Below are positions 21,230 to 31,931 of a stretch of DNA of 64,000 nt, piece by piece. Source of the DNA: a bacterium (GTDB lineage: Bacteria; SZUA-182; DTGQ01); assembly GCA_040752695.1 (NCBI GenBank), contig JBFMGO010000002.1, positions 18,564 through 82,563 on the forward strand. The letters are read 5' to 3'. The translations under genes were made by a program, and so were the position numbers. Positions within the stretch are counted from its first letter, which is position 1. Each line of letters starts with the position of its first letter. The notes under the pieces were generated by a model. It saw only the letters and a list, made by a program, of their open reading frames with translations, had not been told where the DNA came from and made no database searches.

Positions 21230-23206
21230 TTACCCATTAAAGTCAGCGAAATCGTTATCATCCAGAGGGATAATTTCTTCAGGTTTGACCACCCTTCCTC
21301 CCTTTGGAGGAGTCTGCCCCCCCCTGGATCTTCTCTCGATCATTTCTCTTTTCGGCTCTGTCATTCTTGGAAGGTAGTGCTCAGGAGCAGCCTCTTCCCC
21401 GTTGGCTAATTGCCGTGCCGAGTCACTGCCGCCGACAATTCTGGTTAAATCGGCCACCATCAGCTTCAGGTTTTCCGACTGCTGGTGCAATTTATCAGCG
21501 GAGTTAGCTCCCTGGGAGGCATTGGCTGCGGTTTGCTGGGTCACTTTATCCATCTGGCTGATGGCCATATTTACCTGGTCTATGCCCTGGGCCTGCTCTT
21601 TGGATGCGGCGGCAATCTCACTGACCAGGTCTGCTACTTTCCCGGCACTTCCCGCCACTTTTTCAAAGGACTCAAACGTGCGTTTGGCCAGGCCGGAGCC
21701 GTCATTGATCTTGCGGACCGTATCTTCGATCATGCCGGAAGTATTTTTGGCTGCCTCGGCTGCTCTCTGAGCCAGATTGCGGACCTCATCCGCAACCACG
21801 GCAAAACCCTTGCCCGCTTCGCCTGCCCTGGCTGCCTCGACTGCTGCATTGAGGGCCAGGAGATTGGTCTGAAAGGCGATTTCATCAATGGTTTTGATGA
21901 TTTTGCCTATTTCCTCGCCGGCAGTGGAAATTTCGGTCATGGATTTACTCATGGCCTGCATCGAGTGACTGGCCTCTGCAACTACGGTTCTGGTTTCCTC
22001 CATCAACTGGTTGGCCTGGTGGGCATGGTCTGCATTATTCTTGGTCATGGAGGTAATCTCCTCCAGGGAAGCTGAGGTTTCCTGCAGGGAGGACGCCTGT
22101 TCCGAAGCACCCTCGGCCAGTTGCTGGCTGGCTGAAGAAATCTGCTCCGAAGCAGAATAGACATGCTGGGCTCCACCGGACAGGTTGAGAATAATACGCC
22201 GCAGGTTGCCTACGATGTTGCCGGACAGAAAGAAGGCTATCAGGCAGCCGAGAGCCAGGGTAAGCAGGGCGGCTATGGGAATGAATTTATTGGCGAATGA
22301 GTAGAAGGATGTGTACTTTTCGGCGATGATCTTATTATGTTTCGCCAGAATATCATCCGCCTCGGTCAAAGATCCCATGACCAGATCGATATTGCGGAGG
22401 GTCGAATCCTGAAAGATCTGAACTGCCCGGTTATTATTTTCGATTATATTGTCTATGTAACCCATAGTCTCCCTGTAGCAGGCGCCAATCTGTTCCAGAG
22501 CAGACAGGGTTTCCCCTTCATAAATCGCCATGGCTTTATCTTTGTCTCCACTCTCATAGGCATCGATAATACTCCGGGCTGAATAGTGGAGCGCCTCATG
22601 GGGTTTTTCCCATTTTTTCAGCAATCCCTCAAGTTCTCGATCCTCTGTATGGAATGTATAATACCATTGGCCAAAGGCGCACTGGCGGGGGTCCAGGGCA
22701 CCGGTAAACCTCTTTGAGGTTAACAGGTAGTTACTCAGGCCGTTAACCCAATTCAGGTGATCGACCCAGCGCTCAGCCAGCATGGCATCAATTGTCCGGT
22801 CAAATTCTACATACAAGTCATCAATCTGTTTGGCTGAATCATGCATCTCCTTATGGGGTTGTTTGATTTTATCCAGGAGCCGGGCAATTTCCGGATCGAC
22901 GCTGGCTAACTGGCCGTTTTCTTCACTATAGAGCCACTTTCCGAATCTACATTGATGATCATCGGTCTGAACATGCAGCTCAGTGACATCTTTTCTCAAA
23001 AATAAATCAGAGACAGCATTGATCCATGCCTGATGGTCTCTTTCCGCCTGATGGATCCGGGCACCTTGATCCAGGGTGCGCGCATTTGCCTGTCTCAAGG
23101 CTTCCATCCGGTGAATGACATAATAACTGGTACCGCCCATGGCCGTAAGAAGCACAAGAATGACCGCAAACCCGACTCCTATTCTCTTCCCTATGGTATC
23201 CATCAT
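21230..23206 (-). CDS. Methyl-accepting chemotaxis protein with two CZB domains between TM1 and TM2
   Basis: [30 protein letters not shown] hairpin; two H..W/C.FG.W/H...H motifs; C-terminal DFADF pentapeptide-like tether. Confidence 0.92.
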   Translation of the reverse strand: MMDTIGKRIGVGFAVILVLLTAMGGTSYYVIHRMEALRQANARTLDQGARIHQAERDHQAWINAVSDLFLRKDVTELHVQTDDHQCRFGKWLYSEENGQLASVDPEIARLLDKIKQPHKEMHDSAKQIDDLYVEFDRTIDAMLAERWVDHLNWVNGLSNYLLTSKRFTGALDPRQCAFGQWYYTFHTEDRELEGLLKKWEKPHEALHYSARSIIDAYESGDKDKAMAIYEGETLSALEQIGACYRETMGYIDNIIENNNRAVQIFQDSTLRNIDLVMGSLTEADDILAKHNKIIAEKYTSFYSFANKFIPIAALLTLALGCLIAFFLSGNIVGNLRRIILNLSGGAQHVYSASEQISSASQQLAEGASEQASSLQETSASLEEITSMTKNNADHAHQANQLMEETRTVVAEASHSMQAMSKSMTEISTAGEEIGKIIKTIDEIAFQTNLLALNAAVEAARAGEAGKGFAVVADEVRNLAQRAAEAAKNTSGMIEDTVRKINDGSGLAKRTFESFEKVAGSAGKVADLVSEIAAASKEQAQGIDQVNMAISQMDKVTQQTAANASQGANSADKLHQQSENLKLMVADLTRIVGGSDSARQLANGEEAAPEHYLPRMTEPKREMIERRSRGGQTPPKGGRVVKPEEIIPLDDNDFADFNG

Positions 23207-23760
23207 TATTTTTCCTCCTCCTCAGAATAATCACGCGCATCGTTCGCTTCACCTGACCGCAAGCCTTCCATCAGCATCATTCCCTCAGCATTGAGAACCT
23301 GATTGATATCCAATAAGATGATTACCTTCCCCTTGATCTTGGCCATGCCCATGATGTATTCGGTATCCAGCTTCACGCCGAAATTGGGGGTTATTTCCAT
23401 TTCCTCCACTTTGATATGCAAGACTTCGGATACCGAATCAACTACCATACCCATGGGTATGGTTCCTGATTTTCCGTTGATTTCCGTCACGATGATACAC
23501 GTGCGGTCGGTATGCTGAAGAAACTCCATGCCAAATTTCAGGCGCAGGTTAATCACCGGAATGATCTTGCCCCGAAGGTTGATTACACCCTCCACATAGG
23601 AGGGAGTTTGCGGTACAGCCGTTACTTCCATGGCCCCGATAATTTCTTTTACCTTCATGATTTCCAATCCGTATTCCTGACGAGCCAGGGTAAAGGTCAG
23701 GAATTTTCCCTCTTTCCCGGTCAGTGATTGATTGCTCTTCTCTAACAACGCTTCCGGCAT
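23206..23760 (-). CDS. cheW: CheW coupling protein
   Basis: FLTF.L..QEYG, GVINLRG.IIPV, G.VVDSV.EV. Confidence 0.95.
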   Translation of the reverse strand: MPEALLEKSNQSLTGKEGKFLTFTLARQEYGLEIMKVKEIIGAMEVTAVPQTPSYVEGVINLRGKIIPVINLRLKFGMEFLQHTDRTCIIVTEINGKSGTIPMGMVVDSVSEVLHIKVEEMEITPNFGVKLDTEYIMGMAKIKGKVIILLDINQVLNAEGMMLMEGLRSGEANDARDYSEEEEK

Positions 23761-23892
23761 GGTGTTTTTCTCCCTCTATTGATAGAGTATGAATATATAT
23801 AAATACTTATTTTTAATTGTCCGGAAATCTCCTGAGAGTTGTCTCCCTCATGGTATTTCCTTGTTTGTTCATCACTCCCTCGCCAGATTCCC

Positions 23893-25722
23893 TTATTGAA
23901 AAGATGATTCGGAGCGACAGGACAGATCAGCACGGTAATGCGAGGAGTAATATTCGAGTAATCCATGGGCGTCCAAAATCAGCCCTATCCGGCCGTCGGC
24001 CAGAATGGCACCACCGGAAATACCCATAAGACCCTGGAATGCCTCGCCTAACGATTTAATGACCACCTGCTGCTGGCCGATGAGATTATCCACAAAAAAT
24101 CCGACCCGGTTCGCTCCATCGCGGATGACCATAACCAGTCCTTCGGATTCCAACTGTTCTTCGGCCGATGTGCTCATCCCCAGGAGCTGGTCCAGACAGA
24201 TCAGGGGAATGATCGAATCTCTCAGGTGCAGTACCTTCCCCCGGCTGTGACAGACAACGATCTGTTCTTTTTTGGGTTTGAGAGATTCTTCAATGCAGTA
24301 GGTGGGGAATATGTAGCGCTCCTTTCCTGCCTGGATCAGCATGCCGTCAATAATGGCCATAGTCAGGGGGAGCCGGATGCAGAAGCTGGTTCCTTCCCCC
24401 TCTTTACTTTCCAGGGATATTACACCCCGTAAGGCTCCCACCTTTTTCTTAACCACATCCATTCCCACACCGCGGCCTGAGATATCGGTGATTTTCTCAG
24501 CCGTAGAAAATCCGGGATGAAAGATAAAATTAAGGATTTCTCCTCGCGAGTATTCCTTTCCTTCAACGATGAGCCCTTTTTGCAGGGCCTTTTCATAGAT
24601 TTTTTTTTCGGACAGGCCCCGGCCATCATCCCTCACTTCAATGATGATATTTCCCGCCTCGTGCCGGGCCTCCAGATGGATGTTCCCCACTTTATCCTTG
24701 CCCAGGGCGGTTCTGGTTTCCGGCTCCTCGAGTCCATGGTCTACTGCATTGCGCAGCATATGGACCAGGGGATCGCCCAGGGAGTCTATAACCTGCTTGT
24801 CGAGCTCGGTCTCCTCGCCCTTTAGGGTAACCTTCACTATCTTGTTGGCTTTTCGGCTTACATCCCGCACCAGCCTCTCCATCCTCTGGAAAAGAGGGCG
24901 GATCGGCAGCATATGCATGGACATGGTCAGGTTTTGCAGTTCCCTGGTGATTTTGCCCAATTGGGCGATATTCTTGCTGAGCTTCTGATCGTGGATATCA
25001 CTGCTGGCCACCTGGATTTGAGCGATCACCAGTTCTCCGACCATATCTACCAGGCTGTCCAGTTTATCTACGCTGACCCTGATTCCCTCTTCACTCTGGG
25101 GTCTTCGGCCTTCCGGCGAAACTGCCTGCGTCTGGGAGATTTTCTGTTCACGGATCGCTTTGGCCACGTCCCTGGATTCTACCTTGCCGGTTCTGATCAA
25201 TACCTCTCCGATTTTGCCTGGCTTGCCTTCGGCCTGTTGCTGCAAGGCATCCTGAATGTCATCCTCGGTGACGGTTCCCTGTTCCACCATGATTTCTCCG
25301 AGCTTTTTGCTGTCGTCATCCATGGTGGCCAATTTCAGCCTGCTGATCAATTGAGCAACTTCAGGAGGGACATCCTCCTGGGAGATGCTTCCTTTATTTA
25401 CCTCTGTCAGCACCTTTCCCACCAGCTTGCGCAGTACGTCCACCGTTTCAAAGAGCATATCGATCACGATGGATCGCAAAGCTATCCCCTTATCCCTGGC
25501 CGTAACCAGGATGTCCTCCGCCACATGGGTCAGTTGGCCGATGGCGGCAAGGTTAAAAAATCCCGCTACACCCTTGATGGTATGCATAGGCCGGAAAGCC
25601 GCATTAATAGCTTCCTTATCCTTTGGATTCTCTTCCAGAGACAGAAGAGCCATATCCATATTGTCCAGATGCTCCTTCGCCTCCGCACAAAACTCCATTA
25701 TCAATTCCGCATCTTCTAACAT
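23893..25722 (-). CDS. cheA: Chemotaxis histidine kinase CheA (no P2; MshEN-like insert)
   Basis: Hpt FRPMHTIKG, LVDMVGELVI, HMLRNAVDHG, SGRGVGMDVV, C-terminal CheW domain. Confidence 0.95.
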   Translation of the reverse strand: MLEDAELIMEFCAEAKEHLDNMDMALLSLEENPKDKEAINAAFRPMHTIKGVAGFFNLAAIGQLTHVAEDILVTARDKGIALRSIVIDMLFETVDVLRKLVGKVLTEVNKGSISQEDVPPEVAQLISRLKLATMDDDSKKLGEIMVEQGTVTEDDIQDALQQQAEGKPGKIGEVLIRTGKVESRDVAKAIREQKISQTQAVSPEGRRPQSEEGIRVSVDKLDSLVDMVGELVIAQIQVASSDIHDQKLSKNIAQLGKITRELQNLTMSMHMLPIRPLFQRMERLVRDVSRKANKIVKVTLKGEETELDKQVIDSLGDPLVHMLRNAVDHGLEEPETRTALGKDKVGNIHLEARHEAGNIIIEVRDDGRGLSEKKIYEKALQKGLIVEGKEYSRGEILNFIFHPGFSTAEKITDISGRGVGMDVVKKKVGALRGVISLESKEGEGTSFCIRLPLTMAIIDGMLIQAGKERYIFPTYCIEESLKPKKEQIVVCHSRGKVLHLRDSIIPLICLDQLLGMSTSAEEQLESEGLVMVIRDGANRVGFFVDNLIGQQQVVIKSLGEAFQGLMGISGGAILADGRIGLILDAHGLLEYYSSHYRADLSCRSESSFQ

Positions 25723-26016
25723 AGGAAACTCCTGTTTTTTTCATAAGGATAGTATCAGAAAGCTGGGTATTGAAGACTGACCGGGGGGAAAATGGTCCTT
25801 TCTCCCTTTGATTTCTCTTTACGGTTAAAAGGTCAGGAGACTTCTGAAAATTTGTTATGGATAAACGCTGTTCTGTATTCATGGCAGTATTTTTAAATAT
25901 GTGGCGAGTAAAAAAAGCCATATATCCGATCACCGATCTTTGCTTTCCGAATAATAAAGCAACCTTATTTCCTGTAAAACGACTCTATCGTGTGCACCTG
26001 TTAGTAATTGGGGATT

Positions 26017-27984
26017 ATGAAAATACGGAGCTTTACGCAAAAGATCGTCATCAGCTTCCTGACTGTGCTCCTTTTGATAGCCGCACTCGCTTCTGTTTCC
26101 TACCATGCCTTTATTAGGATGGAAAGGCTATCCGAAGAGCTGAACCAAATGCTCCTTTTGGACATGTTTCTGGACGAGAGCATGGGCTTTCACCGGAAAT
26201 GGATGAACGATTTAGCTCAGGTTTTCCTCCTGGACCGAAAGTTTCAAGGAAATCTGGACCCCAGTAAGTGCGAATTCGGTAAATGGCATCGGTCCTTCGA
26301 ACCTCCGGATGCAGAAATTGCGGAACTGCACAAGGGAATTGAGAAGCCTCATCGGATACTTCACGAGTCAGCCAGAGAGATCCTTTCTCTCATCTATACG
26401 CCTGGCCTTGAAAGAGAATTGGCTCACCATCTGGAGGATCAAAAGAATGCGTATTTGTCCTGGCTGCTCACCCTTTCCAAGGCCATAGGGAATAAGGACA
26501 AGAACCTTCTTGCTTCCTGTGAAAAGATAACTTACTCTTTCGACCAGTTGTATGATGGTTTTGCCGAAGGTGATGAAAAGGGCATTTCCGGCCTGCAGGC
26601 GCTGGAAGAATTTCGCCGCTGTTTGAGCAGCACCACCAGGCAGGTGTTTCAACTGGCCCGGCAGGACAGGTGGAAGGAAGCTGACAGGATATACCGTCAG
26701 GATATCCTGCCGGTTAACGAGAAATTCCTGGAGTGCTTTTCCGCGCTGGAGAAATTGATCCATCAAAGGATCGATGGCAACCGGCGGGCAAGGGAAATTT
26801 TTGCCAGCCACACCATGCCGGCCATGGAGGATCTTCAGCAGTTGGTTGACCGTATCCGTATCAAGCTCATGGGACGAATTGATAAAATGGAGAAAGAATA
26901 CACCCGGGTGGTCAGAAGATCGAAAACCTTTATTGTCTGGTCAATTGTGCTCATTTTCTCTTTGGCCGTTTTGTACAGCATCCTCATCCCTCAGTCCCTT
27001 ACCAGGCCGATCAAGCATCTTACTCAGTTCGCCAACCGGATTGCTACAGAGGGGGATTTATCGGAAACCATCGAGATCAGCAACAGGGATGAAATCGGCC
27101 AACTCGCTTCCTCGTTTAACCGGATGGTTCAGGCGTTGCGAAAGTCCAGGGAGGAACTGGAGGAGTGGGGGAAGACCCTGGAGAAAAAAGTGGAGTCCCG
27201 AACCAAGGACTTGAAGGATGCTTATCAGAAGCTGGAGACGGCCAATGCCCACCTGATTCAATCGTCCAAGCTGGCCTCTATCGGTGAGTTGGCGGCAGGG
27301 ATGGCACATGAAATTAACAATCCCATGAATATCGTTATCGGCTATGCGGAATTGCTGCTCGACGAGGTTACACCCGATACGGAGAGCTCTACCTATATTC
27401 AGGGCATACTGGAGGCAGGTCAAAGAGTCAGCGTCATTATTAAAAATCTGCTGATTTTTGCCCGCCAGGGCAAGCAAGAGTATAGCAGTTTTTCTGTTCA
27501 CGCTCTGATCGATCATGCGCTTTCATTCGTGCAAAGGCTTCTGGAAAAGGAGGGTATCCGGATTGAACGGAACTATGAGCATGACCTTCCCCTCCTTTAC
27601 GTGAGGGGCAGCCAACTGGAGCAGGTATTTCTCAACCTGATTATGAACGCCAAGGACGCTTTGCTGGACAAAGCTGAAAAAAAAGGAGAAACCTTCGATA
27701 AAGTGCTCAAGATCCAGGCCCGGCGGGTTCAGGAGAACCAAGTCCCCATGGTCCGGATCACCTTCCGCGATACAGGAGCAGGGATCAAGCCGGAAAACCT
27801 TAACCGGGTGTTTGATCCTTTTTTCACCACGAAGAGAGAAGACAGAGGAACGGGGTTGGGATTAAGTATCAGTTACGGAATTATCAAAGACCACCAGGGG
27901 AGCATCCGGGTCGAGAGCCGTGAAGGAGAATTTACGGAATTCACTGTTGATTTGCCGGTAAAAGATGCTCCTTTACGATCCTGA
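26017..27984 (+). CDS. Membrane sensor histidine kinase: CZB-like sensor + HAMP + HisKA + HATPase
   Basis: Two TMs; HRKW/CEFGKW/HRILH; DEIGQLASSFN; HEINNP; DTGAGI, FDPFFTTK, GTGLGL. Confidence 0.9.
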   Translation: MKIRSFTQKIVISFLTVLLLIAALASVSYHAFIRMERLSEELNQMLLLDMFLDESMGFHRKWMNDLAQVFLLDRKFQGNLDPSKCEFGKWHRSFEPPDAEIAELHKGIEKPHRILHESAREILSLIYTPGLERELAHHLEDQKNAYLSWLLTLSKAIGNKDKNLLASCEKITYSFDQLYDGFAEGDEKGISGLQALEEFRRCLSSTTRQVFQLARQDRWKEADRIYRQDILPVNEKFLECFSALEKLIHQRIDGNRRAREIFASHTMPAMEDLQQLVDRIRIKLMGRIDKMEKEYTRVVRRSKTFIVWSIVLIFSLAVLYSILIPQSLTRPIKHLTQFANRIATEGDLSETIEISNRDEIGQLASSFNRMVQALRKSREELEEWGKTLEKKVESRTKDLKDAYQKLETANAHLIQSSKLASIGELAAGMAHEINNPMNIVIGYAELLLDEVTPDTESSTYIQGILEAGQRVSVIIKNLLIFARQGKQEYSSFSVHALIDHALSFVQRLLEKEGIRIERNYEHDLPLLYVRGSQLEQVFLNLIMNAKDALLDKAEKKGETFDKVLKIQARRVQENQVPMVRITFRDTGAGIKPENLNRVFDPFFTTKREDRGTGLGLSISYGIIKDHQGSIRVESREGEFTEFTVDLPVKDAPLRS

Positions 27985-27995
27985 GGAGACGAGGT

Positions 27996-29498
27996 ATGCA
28001 ATGTATTCTCGTAATTGATGACGAGCCGGGAATTCGTATTACCTTCTCCAAGATGTTGGAGAGGGAAGGATATGCAGTCAGGACTGCTTCCGATTTAAAT
28101 GATGTGCAGGAGATGTTAAAGAACCACAGCTTTGATGTGATCATCAGCGATATTTTCATTCCTGGCACGAATGGCATTGAATTGCTGAAGCTTATGAAGC
28201 AGCACTTTCCGGAAACTCCTGTCATCATGATTACCGGAGAACCGAATATCGACACTGCTATCGAATCAGTCCGACAGGGAGCTTATGATTATCTTTCCAA
28301 ACCGATCACCCGCCAGCAATTGTGCCAGGTTGTGGGCAGGGCTGTAGAGAAAAAGTGGCTCACTGACGAGCGCAAAAGGCTTGAAGAGGAGAACCTGAAG
28401 TATCAGCGGGAACTGGAGAGCAAAGTCAGGGAGCGAACCATCGCTCTGGAGGAGCTGAATACTTTCGTCACGAATGTTATCGAGAGTATCTCGTCCGCTC
28501 TGATTACGCTGGACCTTTCGGGGAATATTACCATGGTCAATACCCACGCTCTCGAGCTGCTCGGTATTGAAAACAAAGACCATATCCTGGGGGGAAATTA
28601 TCGAACGGTATTCCCCCCCGACCTTGTCCAGGCAATGCACACGATTTTCCACGAAGAGGACTGGAACACCTCTCATGAATTCGAGTTGCAGAAACAGACC
28701 ATTGGCTATACCATCTCGCTCCTTCTGGATAACGAGCAAAAAGTGAAGGGAAATGTGCTCGTTATGAGAGATATTTCGGAAAAGAAGAGATTGGAGCAGG
28801 AATTAATTCAATCGGAGAAACTGGCTACCATGGGGCTTTTAGCGGGGAAAATCAGCCATGAGATGGGAAATCCCCTGTTTGGCATTATGGGATATGCGGA
28901 ATTACTGGAGTCGAAATATCCGAAGGAAAAAAACATCAGGTTCATTATCAATCAGGCACTTCGGTTGAAAAAAATGACCAAGGATCTGCTCACGATCAGC
29001 AAACCCAAGCCGCCTCTGATCAGCGCTGTCGATATCAATCAGGTTCTGAAAGACACCATGGACTTTTTGCGGGAAATCACAGGCCAGATTAAATACCATG
29101 AGGTTCTCCAGGAATATGCCCAAAATCTGCCTTCAATTCAGGGAGATGCGGAACAGCTTAAGCAGGTTTTTGTGAACTTGATCGTCAATGCTTCCCAGGC
29201 CATGCGCAACCGGATCGAAGGGAGCGTTCTGACTATAGGGACCGCCCTGGCCGAGGGAGGCCAAAAGGTGCTGATCTATGTCCAGGATAATGGCTGCGGA
29301 ATTGCTCCTGAGGACCTGGACAGAATTTTCGATCCTTTTTACACAACGAAAGGAGATGAGGGAACAGGCTTGGGTATGGCGGTGATCAAGGAGATCGTTC
29401 ATAAGCATCACGGACAGATACACATTGAAAGTAAGGTGGGAGAGGGAACCAGGGCTTCGGTTATTCTGCCGGTGGAGAGGATGAAGGACCTCCTTTAA
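27996..29498 (+). CDS. Hybrid REC-PAS-histidine kinase
   Basis: ILVIDDE..., GAYDYLSKP; PAS; HEMGNP; DNGCGI, GTGLGM. Confidence 0.9.
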   Translation: MQCILVIDDEPGIRITFSKMLEREGYAVRTASDLNDVQEMLKNHSFDVIISDIFIPGTNGIELLKLMKQHFPETPVIMITGEPNIDTAIESVRQGAYDYLSKPITRQQLCQVVGRAVEKKWLTDERKRLEEENLKYQRELESKVRERTIALEELNTFVTNVIESISSALITLDLSGNITMVNTHALELLGIENKDHILGGNYRTVFPPDLVQAMHTIFHEEDWNTSHEFELQKQTIGYTISLLLDNEQKVKGNVLVMRDISEKKRLEQELIQSEKLATMGLLAGKISHEMGNPLFGIMGYAELLESKYPKEKNIRFIINQALRLKKMTKDLLTISKPKPPLISAVDINQVLKDTMDFLREITGQIKYHEVLQEYAQNLPSIQGDAEQLKQVFVNLIVNASQAMRNRIEGSVLTIGTALAEGGQKVLIYVQDNGCGIAPEDLDRIFDPFYTTKGDEGTGLGMAVIKEIVHKHHGQIHIESKVGEGTRASVILPVERMKDLL

Positions 29499-29529
29499 GC
29501 CGCTGATCCTCCTTTGCCTTTTGTCTTTT

Positions 29530-30381
29530 TCAGCTAAAATTTCCTTTTTCAGCCTCATAGCTCGTTTTAACATTTTCAGCTAACTGGAGAATATCAAGTC
29601 CCGTGATTCCCAGGATCTGAACTGATTTGAGTGCCTGAAAATCGATATCCGTCCGGGGTTGACGATAGCCGATGCCTAAATAGATGCATATGGCATCGCT
29701 CAGGTTCAAGAGAGCTGCAAATTTAAGTATTTCTACCTCCAGAGGATCAACCCCATCGAGGTTGTGGTGATAGGTAACCGCCTCTTCCAAATCCTTGGAA
29801 AGGTTCCATTTTTGTACGATTAACCCGCCTACTTCGGCATGCGTAAAGCCCAGTTTCTCTCTTTCGGCCTCGACAAATGGGATATCTTCATTGTAAGCTA
29901 CCTGTACAATCTCGCTGAAATCCTCGTTTAATTGGTTATTCAGAATCACCTTGCCGATATCGTGCATCAATCCTCCAATAAAGGCCTCTTCTGCATGGCA
30001 ATGCAGTTTTTGGGACAGGATGTGAGCAGCTATGGCTGATGCGACCGAGTGTTCCCAGAGCATTTTTTCGATAAGGTTTATCCTTCGGTAAAAACTCTCC
30101 AGGGATGCAGCCAGAGCCAGAGTCCTTATTCCCTTGAACCCGATCAAAACGATAGCCGCAGCCAGGGTATTGATGGCCCTGATACATCCATAGAAGGAAG
30201 AATTGGCAATCTTCAGGATCTTTGCGGTCAGTGCCTGGTCCGCGAGAATAGCCCGCTCCAGAACCCTGGCGTCCGTATTGGGATCAGAAGCTAAAGATAC
30301 GATCCGGTTGGCCACTAAGGGCATCGGAGGAAGATCACAGGTGGAATCGATGACTGCCTTTAGTTCCCTGTTTATAGGCAT
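29530..30381 (-). CDS. HDOD domain protein
   Basis: LPPMP, DQALTAKILKIANSSFY, LWEHS, GLMHDIGK, GFTHAEVG. Confidence 0.9.
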   Translation of the reverse strand: MPINRELKAVIDSTCDLPPMPLVANRIVSLASDPNTDARVLERAILADQALTAKILKIANSSFYGCIRAINTLAAAIVLIGFKGIRTLALAASLESFYRRINLIEKMLWEHSVASAIAAHILSQKLHCHAEEAFIGGLMHDIGKVILNNQLNEDFSEIVQVAYNEDIPFVEAEREKLGFTHAEVGGLIVQKWNLSKDLEEAVTYHHNLDGVDPLEVEILKFAALLNLSDAICIYLGIGYRQPRTDIDFQALKSVQILGITGLDILQLAENVKTSYEAEKGNFS

Positions 30382-30697
30382 GATGATAGCCTCCTTGAAA
30401 AACGATGCTGGACTAACGATCCATACTCACTATGCATGTGCGCAGTTTTTAACCTTACTTGAATATCACAAAGTAACCGCTAAGGCAACAGCAATTCTCA
30501 TCTTTTCTCTTCTTGTCACGGAGCGCTTGTCAAAAACCTTCATAGGGAATGGTTGACGCTTTCCCGAATTCAGCCCATTCCGGCAGATATTTCCGATCTG
30601 CCGATGATCGGCTGTTTCCAGGCCGAAAAAGGAAAATATAGCAGTGGACGAAGTACCTCATGAATGGATACTGCCATCATCAACCAAGGAGGACGGA

Positions 30698-31075
30698 ATG
30701 AGTATAAAGGTCATGATAGTGGATGATTCTCTGGTAATGAGAAAGCTCGTTATTAAAAGTCTCAAGCAGATCGGTGTTGATGTTGATCCTGTCGAAGCCT
30801 CCGACGGAAAGGATGCGCTGAAAAAATTGGACCCGAAATCGATACAGTTGATCATCAGTGATTGGAACATGCCCCAGATGGATGGATTAACCTTTGTCAA
30901 AAAGGTGAGAGAAACCAAGGATAAAAAGCATATTCCGATTATTATGCTCACTACCGAAGGGAGTATGGCCAAATTCGAGGAGGCTCTCAACTGCGGGGTC
31001 GATGACTATATTACCAAACCCTTCACTCCTGATAAGCTGAAGAAAAAGTTTGATAAGGTTATGGGCAAGGCCTGA
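30698..31075 (+). CDS. cheY: CheY response regulator
   Basis: VDDS, SDWNMP.MDG, MLTTE, YITKPF; AGGAGG RBS before ATG 30698. Confidence 0.88.
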   Translation: MSIKVMIVDDSLVMRKLVIKSLKQIGVDVDPVEASDGKDALKKLDPKSIQLIISDWNMPQMDGLTFVKKVRETKDKKHIPIIMLTTEGSMAKFEEALNCGVDDYITKPFTPDKLKKKFDKVMGKA

Positions 31076-31098
31076 TCAGGAAAAGGAGAGGGAGATTC

Positions 31099-31584
31099 AT
31101 GAACGAAAAACTGTTCCAAAGTATAGTCCGGTCACTTATCATCGCGGCTCAAGATGTTTTCCAGACCATGATCTCCATGGAGGTAAAGCCTAAGGAGCCC
31201 TTTGCCAGAAAAGGGTTGGATTCTCTGGCAGATATCACCGGTGTCATCTCTCTGACAGGAAACATCGTCGGCTCGGTCATTCTCAGTATGGATGCCAGGA
31301 CCGCTCAGAAAGCGGTTTCGAATATGCTTGGCGACCAGGTCGAGGTCGAACAGGAAATCGTCGATGGAGCAGGTGAAATTACCAACATGGTCGTTGGTAT
31401 GGCCAAAACAGAACTGTCCAATATCTCCTGCGACTTTGAAATTTCCGTACCCGTCATGATCCTCGGGAAGGGGTCTGTCATCAAACACCTCTCCCTGGAG
31501 GGAAGCTCATTAACGACTATTCCCTTTGAAACGGAAGATGCCGACGTCTTCCACCTGGAACTGTATGCTAAAGATGCTCCTTAA
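31099..31584 (+). CDS. cheX: CheX phosphatase
   Basis: ITGVISLTG, GEITNMVVG, ISVP. Confidence 0.88.
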   Translation: MNEKLFQSIVRSLIIAAQDVFQTMISMEVKPKEPFARKGLDSLADITGVISLTGNIVGSVILSMDARTAQKAVSNMLGDQVEVEQEIVDGAGEITNMVVGMAKTELSNISCDFEISVPVMILGKGSVIKHLSLEGSSLTTIPFETEDADVFHLELYAKDAP

Positions 31585-31601
31585 AAGGGCATCTTTAGCA
31601 T
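31565..31601. terminator. Long hairpin at end of cheX
   Basis: ATGCTAAAGATGCTC...GGGCATCTTTAGCAT inverted repeat. Confidence 0.55.
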
Positions 31602-31697
31602 GGAAAAGTGCTTCCAGCCGCTTTCCGCTTCCCTTTCCATAATGCCGGGCAAAAGAGAAGGAAAGGGAGTGGAATCAAAAAAGGTTTAAAAATCTTG

Positions 31698-31727
31698 TTG
31701 ACTCCTCATCGATCTTAATGTTACTAT
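31698..31727 (+). promoter_or_regulatory. Putative sigma70 promoter
   Basis: TTGACT-N18-TACTAT with TGn extension. Confidence 0.4.
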
Positions 31728-31931
31728 AGTTTCGTTTTTGGTAGGGTAATTTCTCTTCGAAAAGTCTATCTCTCAATGCAATTCAATATCTATTAACAAT
31801 CATATGAACCTGGATGCTGCTTGAAGAGTAAGCGGTATCCTTCTGACTAAAGATGCAATGCCAAAAAAACATACTCCTTCTATGGGTTTCATATTCATCA
31901 TAATAAAGATAAACGGGGTGGACTTCAGTCA

